DNA of 64,000 bases from Gemmatimonadales bacterium (GTDB taxonomy: Bacteria > Gemmatimonadota > Gemmatimonadetes > Gemmatimonadales > GWC2-71-9): NCBI GenBank assembly GCA_035488835.1, contig DATHKX010000037.1, positions 1,602 through 65,601 of the forward strand, in the 5' to 3' direction. Positions 17,103 to 26,368 of the stretch are shown here, in pieces (position 1 is the first letter of the stretch; every line of letters begins with the position of its first letter). The notes beneath the pieces were generated by a model. That model was not told the origin of the DNA. It made no database searches and saw only the letters and a list, made by a program, of their open reading frames with translations. The translations under genes were made by a program, and so were the position numbers.

Positions 17103-19166
17103 ATGCCCGCGCCTTCCGGCGAGCGCGCGACCCTGTCGCGCGACCTCTCCGACTTCCTGATCGAGCTGTCGATCGCGCTTCACAAGCACGCCATGTATCC
17201 CGAGGGACACCCCTCGCTCGCCCCCGCGGCGGCGGGCGTGACCCGGCGCGCCGGGTTGCTGCTCGAGGATCGAGCGACGGTCTCCCTCGGCGTGGCCCGC
17301 AACCAGCTGGTGATCGAGGGGGTGGCGACCGACCCCAAGCATCCCGTGCTACGGGAGCTAGCCGGCCGGCTGCATCGCCACCACCTGGGCGCCATCACGT
17401 TTCGGCGAGGCGTGGAGGAGAACGAGGTCGCCGATGCGCTCCGGACGCTCGCCATCGAAGCGGAACGGACCGGGCAGCCGCTGGGCCTCGGCGATCGGGA
17501 CCGCCTGGCGGCGTGGCCGCACGTGCAGCTCCATGCGCTGACGTACGAGCGCCTGGAGCTCACCGACCAGGACGGCCCCGCCGCCGGGGAAGGGGATGCG
17601 CGCGCCGCCCAGCTGTGGGTGGGCCTGGCTCGGGCGGCCTTGGCGACGGCGCCGGAAGACAGCCGACCCACCCCCACGGAGCCGACGGTGATCGCGCAGG
17701 CCATCGACGAGCACTCGAAGGCCGAGGCCACCGGGTACGATCAAGTGATCGTCGGCTACCTGCTGCAGATTGCCGCCGAGCTCAAGACCGCGGGCAGCGC
17801 GGAGGCCGCCGCGCTGCGGCGGCGGACGTCGCGCCTCATTCGCACCCTCAAGCCCGAAACGTTGCAGCGGCTGGTGAAGATGGGGGGGGACTTCGCGCAG
17901 CGGCGCCAGTTCGTCTCCGATGCGGCCGACGGCATGGCGGTGGATGCGGTACTCGATATCCTCAAGGCCGCCGCGGAGACTTCGCACGAGACCATCTCCC
18001 ACTCGCTCGTCCGCCTGTTGTCCAAGCTCGCGGTGCACGCCGAGGCGGGCGCCGCGCCGGTGCGACCGCAGGCGGACGCGGCGCTGCGGGAGCAGGTGCA
18101 GCGCCTGCTGGCCGGGTGGACGCTCCCCGATCCGAATCCGGGCGCGTACGGCGAGGCGCTGCAACGCATGGCCCGCGCCGCGCCGGCCGGGGCACCGCGC
18201 ACGGATCACCATGCGACCGAGCCCGATCGTCTGGTGGCAATGGCGCTGGAGATCGGCACGCTGGGACCTCGTCTCCATGCGGCTGTCGACCGGGTGGTGG
18301 CCGAGGGCCGGCTCGCGCAGCTGCTCGACGAGCTCGAGGCCGGGGTAGCCGACACCGCCGCCGCGGCGACGGTCCGCGCGCAGATCGCCACCCCGGCAGC
18401 TGTGCAGCAGATCGTCGCGCGAGAGCCCATTGACTTCAAGCTGCTCGAACGGCTCGTGCCGCTCGTGGGCACGGCGGCGGCCGCACCGCTGCTCGATGCC
18501 CTCGCGGCGGCGGAGTCGCGCGGGGCGCGGCGCGGGTTGCTCGCGCAGCTGGCGAAGATGGGGGCCGAGATCGCGCCGGTCGTAATTGCGCGGCTCGACG
18601 ACAGCCGCTGGTACGTGACGCGCAACCTGCTCGCGCTGCTCGAAGAGCTGGGGCCCCTGCCGGCGGGGTTCTCGGCCGCGCCATACATGCGCCACGCCGA
18701 CGCGCGAGTGCGCTGGCAGGCCGTGAAGCTGCAGCTCAAGCTTCCCGCCGAGCGCGACGAAGCGCTCGTCACCGGCCTGCGCGATCAAGACCCACGCACG
18801 CTGCGACTGGCGCTGAGCATCGCGGTCGCGCTGCAGGGCTGCCCGGACGCCGCCGTGCCCCTGTTGGTGAATCGCGCCACGGATCGCACTCTGGCGGGCG
18901 ACCTCCGCGCCCTCGCTGTGCGCTGCTTGGGGTACACCAAGGCGCCGGCCGCGCTCGAGACATTGCTGCAGATCACGGCGGGGGGCCGCACGCTGTTCGG
19001 TCGGGAGAAGCTGGCCGCCAAGTCCCCCGAGCTCCTCGTCGCGCTGGCGGCGCTCGCGACCGGGTGGCGCCACGATCCGCGCGCGGGCGCCCGCCTCGGC
19101 CTTGCGGCCTCGTCGACCGACGGCGAGATCCGCCACACCGCGGCACCGCAGGCGGGCCGACCCTGA
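17103..19166 (+). CDS. Hypothetical HEAT-repeat protein with an N-terminal module shared with the downstream HD-GYP protein
   Basis: ATG 17103 in track ORF 17049..19166. The N-terminus is DFLIELSIALHKHAMYPEGHP. The C-terminal third has HEAT-like repeats (RWYVTRNLLALLEELG, DARVRWQAVKLQLKL, DPRTLRLALSIAVAL). Confidence 0.6.
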   Translation: MPAPSGERATLSRDLSDFLIELSIALHKHAMYPEGHPSLAPAAAGVTRRAGLLLEDRATVSLGVARNQLVIEGVATDPKHPVLRELAGRLHRHHLGAITFRRGVEENEVADALRTLAIEAERTGQPLGLGDRDRLAAWPHVQLHALTYERLELTDQDGPAAGEGDARAAQLWVGLARAALATAPEDSRPTPTEPTVIAQAIDEHSKAEATGYDQVIVGYLLQIAAELKTAGSAEAAALRRRTSRLIRTLKPETLQRLVKMGGDFAQRRQFVSDAADGMAVDAVLDILKAAAETSHETISHSLVRLLSKLAVHAEAGAAPVRPQADAALREQVQRLLAGWTLPDPNPGAYGEALQRMARAAPAGAPRTDHHATEPDRLVAMALEIGTLGPRLHAAVDRVVAEGRLAQLLDELEAGVADTAAAATVRAQIATPAAVQQIVAREPIDFKLLERLVPLVGTAAAAPLLDALAAAESRGARRGLLAQLAKMGAEIAPVVIARLDDSRWYVTRNLLALLEELGPLPAGFSAAPYMRHADARVRWQAVKLQLKLPAERDEALVTGLRDQDPRTLRLALSIAVALQGCPDAAVPLLVNRATDRTLAGDLRALAVRCLGYTKAPAALETLLQITAGGRTLFGREKLAAKSPELLVALAALATGWRHDPRAGARLGLAASSTDGEIRHTAAPQAGRP

Positions 19167-20365
19167 GCAGCCCCGCAGGCTTCCTCAACGCGTTCGCGCA
19201 CGCGCTCGCGGCGATGACCCTCTATCGGCCGGGCCATCCCGCCCGCGAGCGCGCGATCGACGACGCGTATCGTGAACTGAGCGATCTGCAAGCGACCGAG
19301 TCGCAGCCGCTGTTCACGTTCCTGGGAGACGAGATCGTGTTCGGGCGGCTGCCGCTGCGCGAGCTCAAGGCGTGGGACTGGGGGCGCCGGCTCGCGCTCG
19401 CCGGGATCCAGCGCCTGGAGTTTTCCGATCCCGTGAGCCGGGAGGAATTCGAGGCGTTCCTCGACGAGGTGCTGGCCCGGCTCACGCTCTCCGCGATCGA
19501 CACGACGGAGGCGCGCCAGATGCGCCGCTCCAGCATCCGATTCGGCGCCGTGGGCGTGCGCGGCGGGGATGAGCAGGTGACATCCGGGATCCCGACCGCG
19601 ACGATCAACTATTCCCTGAGCGAAGAAGCGGACGCGGTGCGCTGGGTCCAGGAGGAAGTGCAGGCTCGGGGCACGCTGCCGCTCTCGGAGGCGGAGGCGG
19701 TGGTCCGCTCGCTGTCGATCGCCATGCACGGCGGGCGGCAGATCGTGATCCCGCTGCTGCAGCTCAAGGAGTTCGATCAGTACACGACGACCCACTCGAT
19801 GAACGTCGCGGTGCTGGCGATGGCCCTCGCCGAATCCCGCGGGCTCTCGGCGCGGGACGTGCGGGCGTTCGGGGTGGCCGGACTGCTGCACGATATCGGC
19901 AAAGTGAGAATCCCGCTCGAGGTTCTCACCAAGCCGGGACGCTTCACCGACACGGAACGGGCCTTGATGAACCGCCATCCCGCCGAAGGCGCGCGCATCA
20001 TCCTGCGCGCCGAAGAAGACCTGGATCTCGCCGCGGTGGTGGCCTACGAGCACCATATCATGCTGAACGGGGACGGCTATCCCACGTTCCAGTTCCGGCG
20101 CGATTGCCACGAGGGCAGCAAGCTCGTCCACGTGTGCGACGTGTACGACGCCCTCCGCACCCACCGGCCTTACCGCGAAGCCTGGCCGCAATCGAAGACC
20201 CTCTCGTACATCGAGGATCGGGCCGGCACGGAGTTCGATCCCGAGCTGGCGGGTGCGTTTGTGCGGATGATGCGCCAATGGGAGCCGCAGGTGGCGGTCA
20301 TGACCGACGAGCGCACCCCGGTGCCCGGGGCGCCCGAGGGGGCGGGCGCGTCGCCGGCGACTTGA
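19163..20365 (+). CDS. HD-GYP domain protein (putative c-di-GMP phosphodiesterase)
   Basis: Motifs are HSMNVAVLAMALA, GLLHDIGKVRIP, MNRHPAEGARI and HHIMLNGDGYP (HD and GYP motifs). The first ATG is 19214. However, similarity to the upstream protein (FLNAFAHALAAMTLYRPGHP) starts before it, so the start is probably CTG 19163 (CTGA overlap) or GTG 19064. Confidence 0.8.
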   Translation: MSSPAGFLNAFAHALAAMTLYRPGHPARERAIDDAYRELSDLQATESQPLFTFLGDEIVFGRLPLRELKAWDWGRRLALAGIQRLEFSDPVSREEFEAFLDEVLARLTLSAIDTTEARQMRRSSIRFGAVGVRGGDEQVTSGIPTATINYSLSEEADAVRWVQEEVQARGTLPLSEAEAVVRSLSIAMHGGRQIVIPLLQLKEFDQYTTTHSMNVAVLAMALAESRGLSARDVRAFGVAGLLHDIGKVRIPLEVLTKPGRFTDTERALMNRHPAEGARIILRAEEDLDLAAVVAYEHHIMLNGDGYPTFQFRRDCHEGSKLVHVCDVYDALRTHRPYREAWPQSKTLSYIEDRAGTEFDPELAGAFVRMMRQWEPQVAVMTDERTPVPGAPEGAGASPAT

Positions 20366-20412
20366 GGCATCCCCATCCTCGTTCCCCTTTCCGGGGTACG
20401 TATCTTTGTACC

Positions 20413-20817
20413 ATGGTGCCGTTACTCTCCCGCATTCTCGTCCTATTGCTCGGGATCGCTCCCGGGCTCTCCGCACAGACGGCACATGCCGGCGCGGGTC
20501 CGCGCGCCCGTCTCGAAGGGAAATGGCAGGCCAAGACTGAAGACGAGATTCGCAACATCATCGTGCGAAGCGACAGCTCGGCGCAGTTCGGTGATCAGGT
20601 GGCGCGTTGGCGGGTGGTGGCGGACAGCTTGTGGTTGACGCTGGGGGACGGGGTCTGGCAGGTCTACGGCATGAAGCTCGACGGCGACAAACTCACGCTC
20701 TCGGGGGGCGACCTGGAGAAACCGGTGACGCTGCGCCGGGTGGGGCCGGCTTCCGCCCGTGCGGACTCGGTGGCCATCCCCGCGCCGCCCCCTCCCACCG
20801 AGCGCGCTTGGGACTGA
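20413..20817 (+). CDS. Hypothetical secreted protein
   Basis: ATG 20413, with the signal peptide MVPLLSRILVLLLGIAPGLSAQ. 134 aa, no recognisable family. Confidence 0.5.
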   Translation: MVPLLSRILVLLLGIAPGLSAQTAHAGAGPRARLEGKWQAKTEDEIRNIIVRSDSSAQFGDQVARWRVVADSLWLTLGDGVWQVYGMKLDGDKLTLSGGDLEKPVTLRRVGPASARADSVAIPAPPPPTERAWD

Positions 20818-20829
20818 CGGAGGGGCCGC

Positions 20830-22665
20830 TCAGGGTGCTTCGCGGATGTTCGCGACGCGCCAGCCGTTCGGCGTCCGGGTGAAGCGGATCGTTTGGCGGA
20901 GGCGGGTCTCCCTTTGGGCGCCGCCGCCGGCCGGCACGTACACGTAGACGGTCCGCACGGTGGCGTTCGCCGTGTCGGCGCGCGTGCTCAACTGGTCGAG
21001 GGTGTATCGGGCGGTGAGCCGCGTGTACCGCTGGAAGAACCCCTGCCACGCCGCCACATCCTTCTCCGCCATGCCGGGCATCAGGACCTGCAGGTTCCCC
21101 ACACGCTCACTCGATACCGCACGCTCGAGATCCTGCAGCAGTACGCCGATCGCGGCGTGCGACTCGGGTGGCTGGGGGGAAGGGGGAGCCACCCCGGCGG
21201 CCACACCCACCTGCTCGGCGTCGAGCGCCGCCATTCGGGACATCACGTAATCCATCGCCGTGTAGAGCGAGTCCGCGCGCGCGAGCGAGGTGGCGGCGCG
21301 CCCCGCTTCGGGGCGTGTCGCGAGCGCGTGCACCACGGGCGTGGCGCGGGCGATGGCCTGCTCGGCCTCCCGCTGCAGCGTCTCGGCTTCGGCCTGAGCC
21401 TTGGTGTACTGGGGGATCGCGCCGAGGTAGCCGCTCGCGGCCCGCGCCAGGTCTCCGGTGCGCAGGGCGCGCTCGGCATTCTGCACGACGGTCTCGGCGA
21501 GAATCAGCGACGGCACGTTGTTCTTCATCGCGCCCGCACGCCGGGCCCGGTCGCGGGCCGCGAGGGCCGAATCACGCTGGGCGACCAGCGCGCCGTTGAG
21601 ATGCGCCGGCATCGGATACGTCAGCAGCTGGTCGAGCGTGGCTCCCGTGAGCTCGGTGTCGGGCAGCGCGGCGACGGGGGAGGGGGAGCGCGATACGTAG
21701 AGGAGCACCAGCGCCGTCACCATCAACGTCGTCAATGCCGCCGCTCGCCACTTGATCGGCGCGTGCGTGACGAGGCGGAGGACCGCCGACGGGATCGGCG
21801 TCCACTTTAGGCTCAGCCGCTCGGTGGTGTCGGTCGCCCCGGAGAGCGCTACGCGGATGCTGAACAGGGCCGACTGCATCTGGCGCGCTGTCTCGTAGCG
21901 CTCCTCCGGCACCTTGTTGAGGGCCTTCCCGACGACGCGCTCGAGCGCCGCGGGGATCGAGGTCGCCATGGTGCGGAGCGGCTTCGGGTCGGTGGTGAGC
22001 ACCTGGTACAGCACGCCGTGGACCGTTTCCCCTTCGAACGGTTTACGGTACGCGAGCAGCTCGTACAGCAGGCAGCCGACGGCGAAGATATCGGTGGCCG
22101 GGGTGATGGCCCCGTTGGTGATCTGCTCCGGCGCCATGTACGTCGGCGTGCCGACGATCGCGCCCGAGCCCGTCACGTCGGCCGACTGCAGCCGCGCGAT
22201 GCCGAAGTCCATGATCTTCACCGAGCCGTCGGAGGCGATCCGGACGTTGGAGGGCTTGACGTCGCGGTGGATCACGCCGCGCTCGTGCGCGTAGGACAGA
22301 CCCTGCAGCACCTCGATCACGATGTCGAGCTTGCGCTCGAGCGCGAGCGGCTCGCTCAGCGCGATCAGCGAGCTCAGGTCTTGCCCGTCGACCAGCTCCA
22401 TCGCGATGAACAGCTGCTCGTCCGAGTCACCCAGATCGTAGATCGTGACGATGTTGGGGTGTTGCAACGCGCCGGCGGCGCGCGCCTCCCGCATGAAGCG
22501 CTCTTGCGCATCGGTCGCGCGGCCCGCTCGCGACAGCAGCTTGAGGGCGACGTAGCGCCGAATGACGGAGTCGTACGCCTTCCACACGGCGCCCATCGCC
22601 CCTTCGCCGATGAGCTCGTGCAGCTCGAACTTACCGACCCGTCGGTATTGGTCCGTTTGCGGCAT
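20830..22665 (-). CDS. Membrane Ser/Thr protein kinase with a large extracytoplasmic C-terminal region
   Basis: Hanks-kinase motifs are GEGAMGAVWKA, VALKLL, HRDVKPSNV, DFGIA and GTPTYMAPE. There is a TM helix (AALTTLMVTALVLLYV). The C-terminal end (VRTVYVYVPAGG...TPNGWRVANI) looks NTF2/SnoaL-like, with low confidence. Start taken as ATG 22665. Confidence 0.9.
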   Translation of the reverse strand: MPQTDQYRRVGKFELHELIGEGAMGAVWKAYDSVIRRYVALKLLSRAGRATDAQERFMREARAAGALQHPNIVTIYDLGDSDEQLFIAMELVDGQDLSSLIALSEPLALERKLDIVIEVLQGLSYAHERGVIHRDVKPSNVRIASDGSVKIMDFGIARLQSADVTGSGAIVGTPTYMAPEQITNGAITPATDIFAVGCLLYELLAYRKPFEGETVHGVLYQVLTTDPKPLRTMATSIPAALERVVGKALNKVPEERYETARQMQSALFSIRVALSGATDTTERLSLKWTPIPSAVLRLVTHAPIKWRAAALTTLMVTALVLLYVSRSPSPVAALPDTELTGATLDQLLTYPMPAHLNGALVAQRDSALAARDRARRAGAMKNNVPSLILAETVVQNAERALRTGDLARAASGYLGAIPQYTKAQAEAETLQREAEQAIARATPVVHALATRPEAGRAATSLARADSLYTAMDYVMSRMAALDAEQVGVAAGVAPPSPQPPESHAAIGVLLQDLERAVSSERVGNLQVLMPGMAEKDVAAWQGFFQRYTRLTARYTLDQLSTRADTANATVRTVYVYVPAGGGAQRETRLRQTIRFTRTPNGWRVANIREAP

Positions 22666-22737
22666 GGCGCCTGTATCCGCTGGAACTGAACAATGTGGGC
22701 GTTCCCCACCCGGGGAGCAACCGGCCGAGCACAAAAC

Positions 22738-23913
22738 TCAGCGCGTGGCCCAGTCGTAAATCCGCTCCAGCATGGCCCGGGTGACGTCGTCCACCACCAC
22801 GTCGCGGCGCGGGAGCACGCGCTCGGCGATCTTGAGGAACCCGTCCCGGCTCATGCGGCTGTCGCCCGCGCCGCCCCAGGCGAACGGAGGGACGTACTTG
22901 GGCGCCCGTACGCCCTCGAAGACGCTCGCGCCGGTGCCGATCACTGTCCCCGTGGCGAGCAGCGTCCCAATCGCCGTCTTGGCATGGTCGCCGATCAGGC
23001 TCCCGAGAAACTGCAGACCCGTCTCGAGTCGCGTCCCCGCGACCTCGAGGCGCACTCGACCGTACGTGTTCTTCAAGTTCGACGTGATCGTCCCCGCGCC
23101 GAGGTTCGCCCAGCGGCCGATCACGCAATGGCCGACGAAGCCGTCGTGCGCTTTGTTCGCGTATCCCAGGAAGACGCAGTTCGACAGCTCACCGCGCGCG
23201 TTCGAGTGCGGGCCGATCGCCGACGCGCGCACGGGCCCGCCCAGCACGTGTGCGTTCGCGCCGATCCACAGAGGCCCCTCGAGGCGGGTCCCGGCGCGGA
23301 CCTCGGCGCCGCTCTCGAGCACCACTGGCCCGTTCCGTACATCGAATACGACGCCGGGTTCCACGGCGGCATCCCGCAGGGCGATCGCGGCGGGATCGCC
23401 GACCACGATGCTCCCCGCGGGGAGCGGGTCACTGTCGCCGAGCAAGCCGCGCAGGTCGTCCGGAAGCAGCCGCTCGAGAGCGGGGACCAGGTCGTAGGCG
23501 CCGTGCAGCACGACGCCCGGTACCTCGATCGCTGCGGCATGCGGCTGGGGCCCGTCCCACGTGGCTCCCGGTCCGACGCCCCATCCCACCGTGACGCCAC
23601 CGCTCGTGAGGCGAAAGGCGCCGTCCGGGAGCGCGGGAGCGAGCCCGCGCGGCGCGAACGTCGACGAGCCGATCACGGCCGGCCCGGGAACGGGGCGACG
23701 GGCGGCCACGAGGGGGACGCCGGCCTCGGCGAACCCGGCGAGGTGGGGCAGGGCGAAGATCGCGGTCGTCTCCGCGCCGACAAACGTCTCCCACCGCTCG
23801 CGGATCAGGTGCGCGCCGGCCCGCAGCTCGCACAACGGGCGCGCGCCCGCGAACGGCGCCCACGCCGGCGCGGGATCCGGATCGAGCAGGTAGAGGGCGT
23901 GGGGGGGGGTCAC
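22738..23913 (-). CDS. Putative sugar nucleotidyltransferase, GlmU-like with a left-handed beta-helix C-terminus
   Basis: GTG 23913 overlaps the upstream TGA. The N-terminus LYLLDPD...FAGARPLCELRAGAHLIRERW resembles the alternative bacterial GlmU-like family as I recall it. The C-terminus has hexapeptide-repeat character (IGANAHVLGG, IGPHSNARGE, IGRWANLGAGT, IGDHAKTAIGT). Confidence 0.7.
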   Translation of the reverse strand: MTPPHALYLLDPDPAPAWAPFAGARPLCELRAGAHLIRERWETFVGAETTAIFALPHLAGFAEAGVPLVAARRPVPGPAVIGSSTFAPRGLAPALPDGAFRLTSGGVTVGWGVGPGATWDGPQPHAAAIEVPGVVLHGAYDLVPALERLLPDDLRGLLGDSDPLPAGSIVVGDPAAIALRDAAVEPGVVFDVRNGPVVLESGAEVRAGTRLEGPLWIGANAHVLGGPVRASAIGPHSNARGELSNCVFLGYANKAHDGFVGHCVIGRWANLGAGTITSNLKNTYGRVRLEVAGTRLETGLQFLGSLIGDHAKTAIGTLLATGTVIGTGASVFEGVRAPKYVPPFAWGGAGDSRMSRDGFLKIAERVLPRRDVVVDDVTRAMLERIYDWATR

Positions 23914-24920
23914 AGCCCTTGCACGAGCTCCTTCAAGCGCTCGGCGCGGCCGATGGGCATCACGAGCGTGTGGCCGTTCGCCCGCACGACCACCATGTCT
24001 TCCAGACCGACGACGGCGACGTGCTCGCTCTCGGACCAGATCACTGAGCGGCGCACGTCGTCCGCCACGGTCGCCTTGCCGACCACCACGTTGCCGTGCG
24101 CGTCGGGCGTGCGGATGCGCAACAGGGCGTCCCAGGAGCCGATGTCGTCCCAGCCGAAGGTCCCGGCCACGACCGCGAGCTTCTTCGTGCGCTCGAGCAC
24201 GGCCACGTCCACCGCGACCGGCCGGACGGCGGCGAAGAAGCCCGCGACGTCGCCTCCCGTGAGCGCCGGCCACCCGGGCTTGAGCTCGCGCGCGTAGGCA
24301 CCCGCTTCGCCCAGGAAGCGCGCGACGCCCCATGCAAACAGCCCTGTATTCCAGAGTGCGCCCCGGCGGCGCAACAGCGCGGCGCGGGCGGTGGATGGCT
24401 TCTCGAGAAAGCGCCGCACGGTGCGCGCTCCACCCAGCGGCTTCCCGGGGATGATGTACCCGTATCCCGTCTCGTTGCGCGTCGGCTTCACGCCCACCGT
24501 GACCAACACATCGTACTCGGCCGCCACGCCGAGCGCCTGTCGCCCGGCCGCGCGAAAGGCGCGATCATCGCTCACCGCCCAGTCGGCGTGCAACGACAGC
24601 ATCTGGGCCCCGGGGTCCCGCTGCGAAATCCAGTGCGCGGCCCACGTGAGCGCCGGCGCGGTGGACGCCGCGCGCGGTTCGGCGAAGATCTGGGCCCGCG
24701 GGATCTGCGGCACCACGCGGGCCACCTGGTCGACCAGGAACGGCCCGGTGAGGATCAGGATCCGCTCGGGCGGGACGAGTCCGTCGAGCCGCTCCACCGC
24801 CTGGACCAGGAGGGGTCGGTCGCCGGCGAGCGGCAGCAGCTGTTTGGGCCGCTCGGGCGTCGAGAGCGGCCAGAATCGCGTGCCCGCCCCGCCGGCGAGG
24901 ATGGCGGCCCAGACGCTCAT
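23910..24920 (-). CDS. Mannose-1-phosphate guanylyltransferase-like NDP-sugar pyrophosphorylase
   Basis: The N-terminus AILAGGAGTRFWPLSTPERPKQLLPL is the canonical NTP-transferase signature. 336 aa. ATGA overlap with the upstream receiver gene. Confidence 0.85.
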   Translation of the reverse strand: MSVWAAILAGGAGTRFWPLSTPERPKQLLPLAGDRPLLVQAVERLDGLVPPERILILTGPFLVDQVARVVPQIPRAQIFAEPRAASTAPALTWAAHWISQRDPGAQMLSLHADWAVSDDRAFRAAGRQALGVAAEYDVLVTVGVKPTRNETGYGYIIPGKPLGGARTVRRFLEKPSTARAALLRRRGALWNTGLFAWGVARFLGEAGAYARELKPGWPALTGGDVAGFFAAVRPVAVDVAVLERTKKLAVVAGTFGWDDIGSWDALLRIRTPDAHGNVVVGKATVADDVRRSVIWSESEHVAVVGLEDMVVVRANGHTLVMPIGRAERLKELVQGL

Positions 24921-25330
24921 CGCGGGTCCTGGGGAACCGAGGGAGGGGGTGCGTCGCCCAGCATCGCGGCGATACGCGCCGTGAGCTTGCTGGGGCTGAA
25001 CGGCTTGGTGAGCAACCCGGCGCCGAGGCCCTCCGCTTCGCGCAGAATGCGTTCTTCGCCTTCGGCGGTCAGGACGATGACGGGAAATACGCGAGTGGCC
25101 GCGGCGGCACGGAGCTCGTGCAGCAGATCGAGCCCGGACCCGTCGGGCAAGTGGAGGTCGAGCAGCATGGCGTCGAAGGGCGGGGCGCCGCCCTGCAACG
25201 CGTGCCGCGCTTCGCCGAGCGTACGGGCGAGACTCACCATGTAGCCGAGGCGTTCGAGGTGCGGGCGCAGCAGCAACCCGATATGCGGCTCGTCGTCGAC
25301 GACGAGGAGATGCCGCCGGGCGGGCGACAA
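24917..25330 (-). CDS. Stand-alone response regulator receiver domain
   Basis: 137 aa. Motifs are LLVVDDEPHI, MLLDLHLPDGSG, VIVLTA and TKPFSP. TTG start 25330, 9 nt after AGGAG. Confidence 0.9.
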   Translation of the reverse strand: MSPARRHLLVVDDEPHIGLLLRPHLERLGYMVSLARTLGEARHALQGGAPPFDAMLLDLHLPDGSGLDLLHELRAAAATRVFPVIVLTAEGEERILREAEGLGAGLLTKPFSPSKLTARIAAMLGDAPPPSVPQDPR

Positions 25331-25347
25331 GGAGAGCGACTCCTGGG

Positions 25348-25701
25348 TCAGAGCAGCCCGGCGATCGCCGAGCGGTGGCGCCGCAGGTCGTAGAGCAGGG
25401 CGCCCACGTTGGTGGACGGCCGCACCAGGACGACCAGCAAAGCGTCGGCGTTGAGGACGGAGACCACGGCGAGGCCGGACCCGAATTCGAGCACGCCGGT
25501 GCCGAATTCCCCGCGCCCTCCCGCTTGGCCCAGCTGCGTCAACCCGTTGATGACCGATGGCAGCAGGGCGGCCACGTTCTCGGCGTCGAGGCCGTCGGCC
25601 GCGCGGGCGTCGATCGGCAACCCGTCACGCCCCACGACCACCACCGCGTCCACGCCGCCGCGGCGGGCGAGCGCTTCGACCACATCCCGGATTGTCGCCA
25701 T
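25348..25701 (-). CDS. Roadblock/LC7 (MglB-like) domain protein
   Basis: 117 aa. The pattern GVDAVVVVGRDGLPI ... AALLPSV ... GSGLAVVSVLNADALLVVLV is typical of Roadblock/LC7 proteins. It is the first gene of the minus-strand operon. Confidence 0.75.
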   Translation of the reverse strand: MATIRDVVEALARRGGVDAVVVVGRDGLPIDARAADGLDAENVAALLPSVINGLTQLGQAGGRGEFGTGVLEFGSGLAVVSVLNADALLVVLVRPSTNVGALLYDLRRHRSAIAGLL

Positions 25702-25794
25702 ACGGCGGCCAAGCTAGGAATGGAAACTGGCGAAGTCAAGCAGCCACCGTGGGTTGACCCACTTGCACGCCGCGCGGTATCTTCCCCGCACCGA

Positions 25795-26364
25795 ATGCCT
25801 TCCCACCGTCGAATTTCCGCACGGCACGTCGCGTTGACGGGGCTCGCACTGCTAGCCGCGGCATGCGGCGACACGACGGGCCTGCCCGCCCCCTTCTTCA
25901 CCAATGTGGTGGACACCGTGTCACTGTTCGCGTTGCGGGGGACGGCTATCACCCAGCCGTCGGCCTACACGCTCGACGCCGCGCAACCCGTCCGGACGGA
26001 CCAGACCACCGCGCTCGACTTCGCCTTCGACTTCGACTCGCTCGGGGCGCCCGCGCTGTTTCCCACGGGCGCGATCAATCTGGGCCAGTTGTCCGGTCTG
26101 CAGCGGTCCACGACGCCGTTCAACGCGATCACGCTTGCGCCGACCGGGGGCTACATCTTCGACAAGCCGCTCGCGCTCGATACGGGGACGGTCGTGCTGG
26201 TCCGCTCGCGGCCGACCACGTGCTCGTTCGGCGTGACCGTGTCGTTGTACGCCAGGCTGCGCGTCCTGAGCGTGGACTCGACGGCCCGCCGCGTGGATTT
26301 CGAGATCCTGGTGGACCAGAACTGCGGTTACCGCGGTCTCGAGCCCGGACTCCCGAAACAGTAG
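25795..26364 (+). CDS. Hypothetical lipoprotein
   Basis: ATG 25795 in track ORF 25375..26364. The lipobox is LALLAAAC. 189 aa. A TTGACC-N18-TATCTT hexamer pair at 25754-25783 could be its promoter. Confidence 0.55.
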   Translation: MPSHRRISARHVALTGLALLAAACGDTTGLPAPFFTNVVDTVSLFALRGTAITQPSAYTLDAAQPVRTDQTTALDFAFDFDSLGAPALFPTGAINLGQLSGLQRSTTPFNAITLAPTGGYIFDKPLALDTGTVVLVRSRPTTCSFGVTVSLYARLRVLSVDSTARRVDFEILVDQNCGYRGLEPGLPKQ

Positions 26365-26368
26365 CGTC

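Noticed and set aside
19161-19166. Possible programmed frameshift or UGA-Sec read-through fusing the HEAT protein to the HD-GYP protein
   Set aside because: There is no slippery heptamer before the TGA (the context is CGA CCC TGA G). The downstream frame is -1 relative to the upstream frame, with no plausible re-pairing. Reading through the TGA in frame hits another stop after 16 codons.
23901-23909. G9 homopolymer (C9 on the coding strand) right after the GTG start of the GlmU-like gene, considered as a phase-variation tract. A second G9 lies at 53992-54000 in the M20 peptidase
   Set aside because: By a rough iid estimate at about 35% G, around ten G9/C9 runs are expected in 64 kb. Both tracts simply encode Pro-Pro or Gly-Gly-Gly. 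Without population data there is no evidence of length variation.
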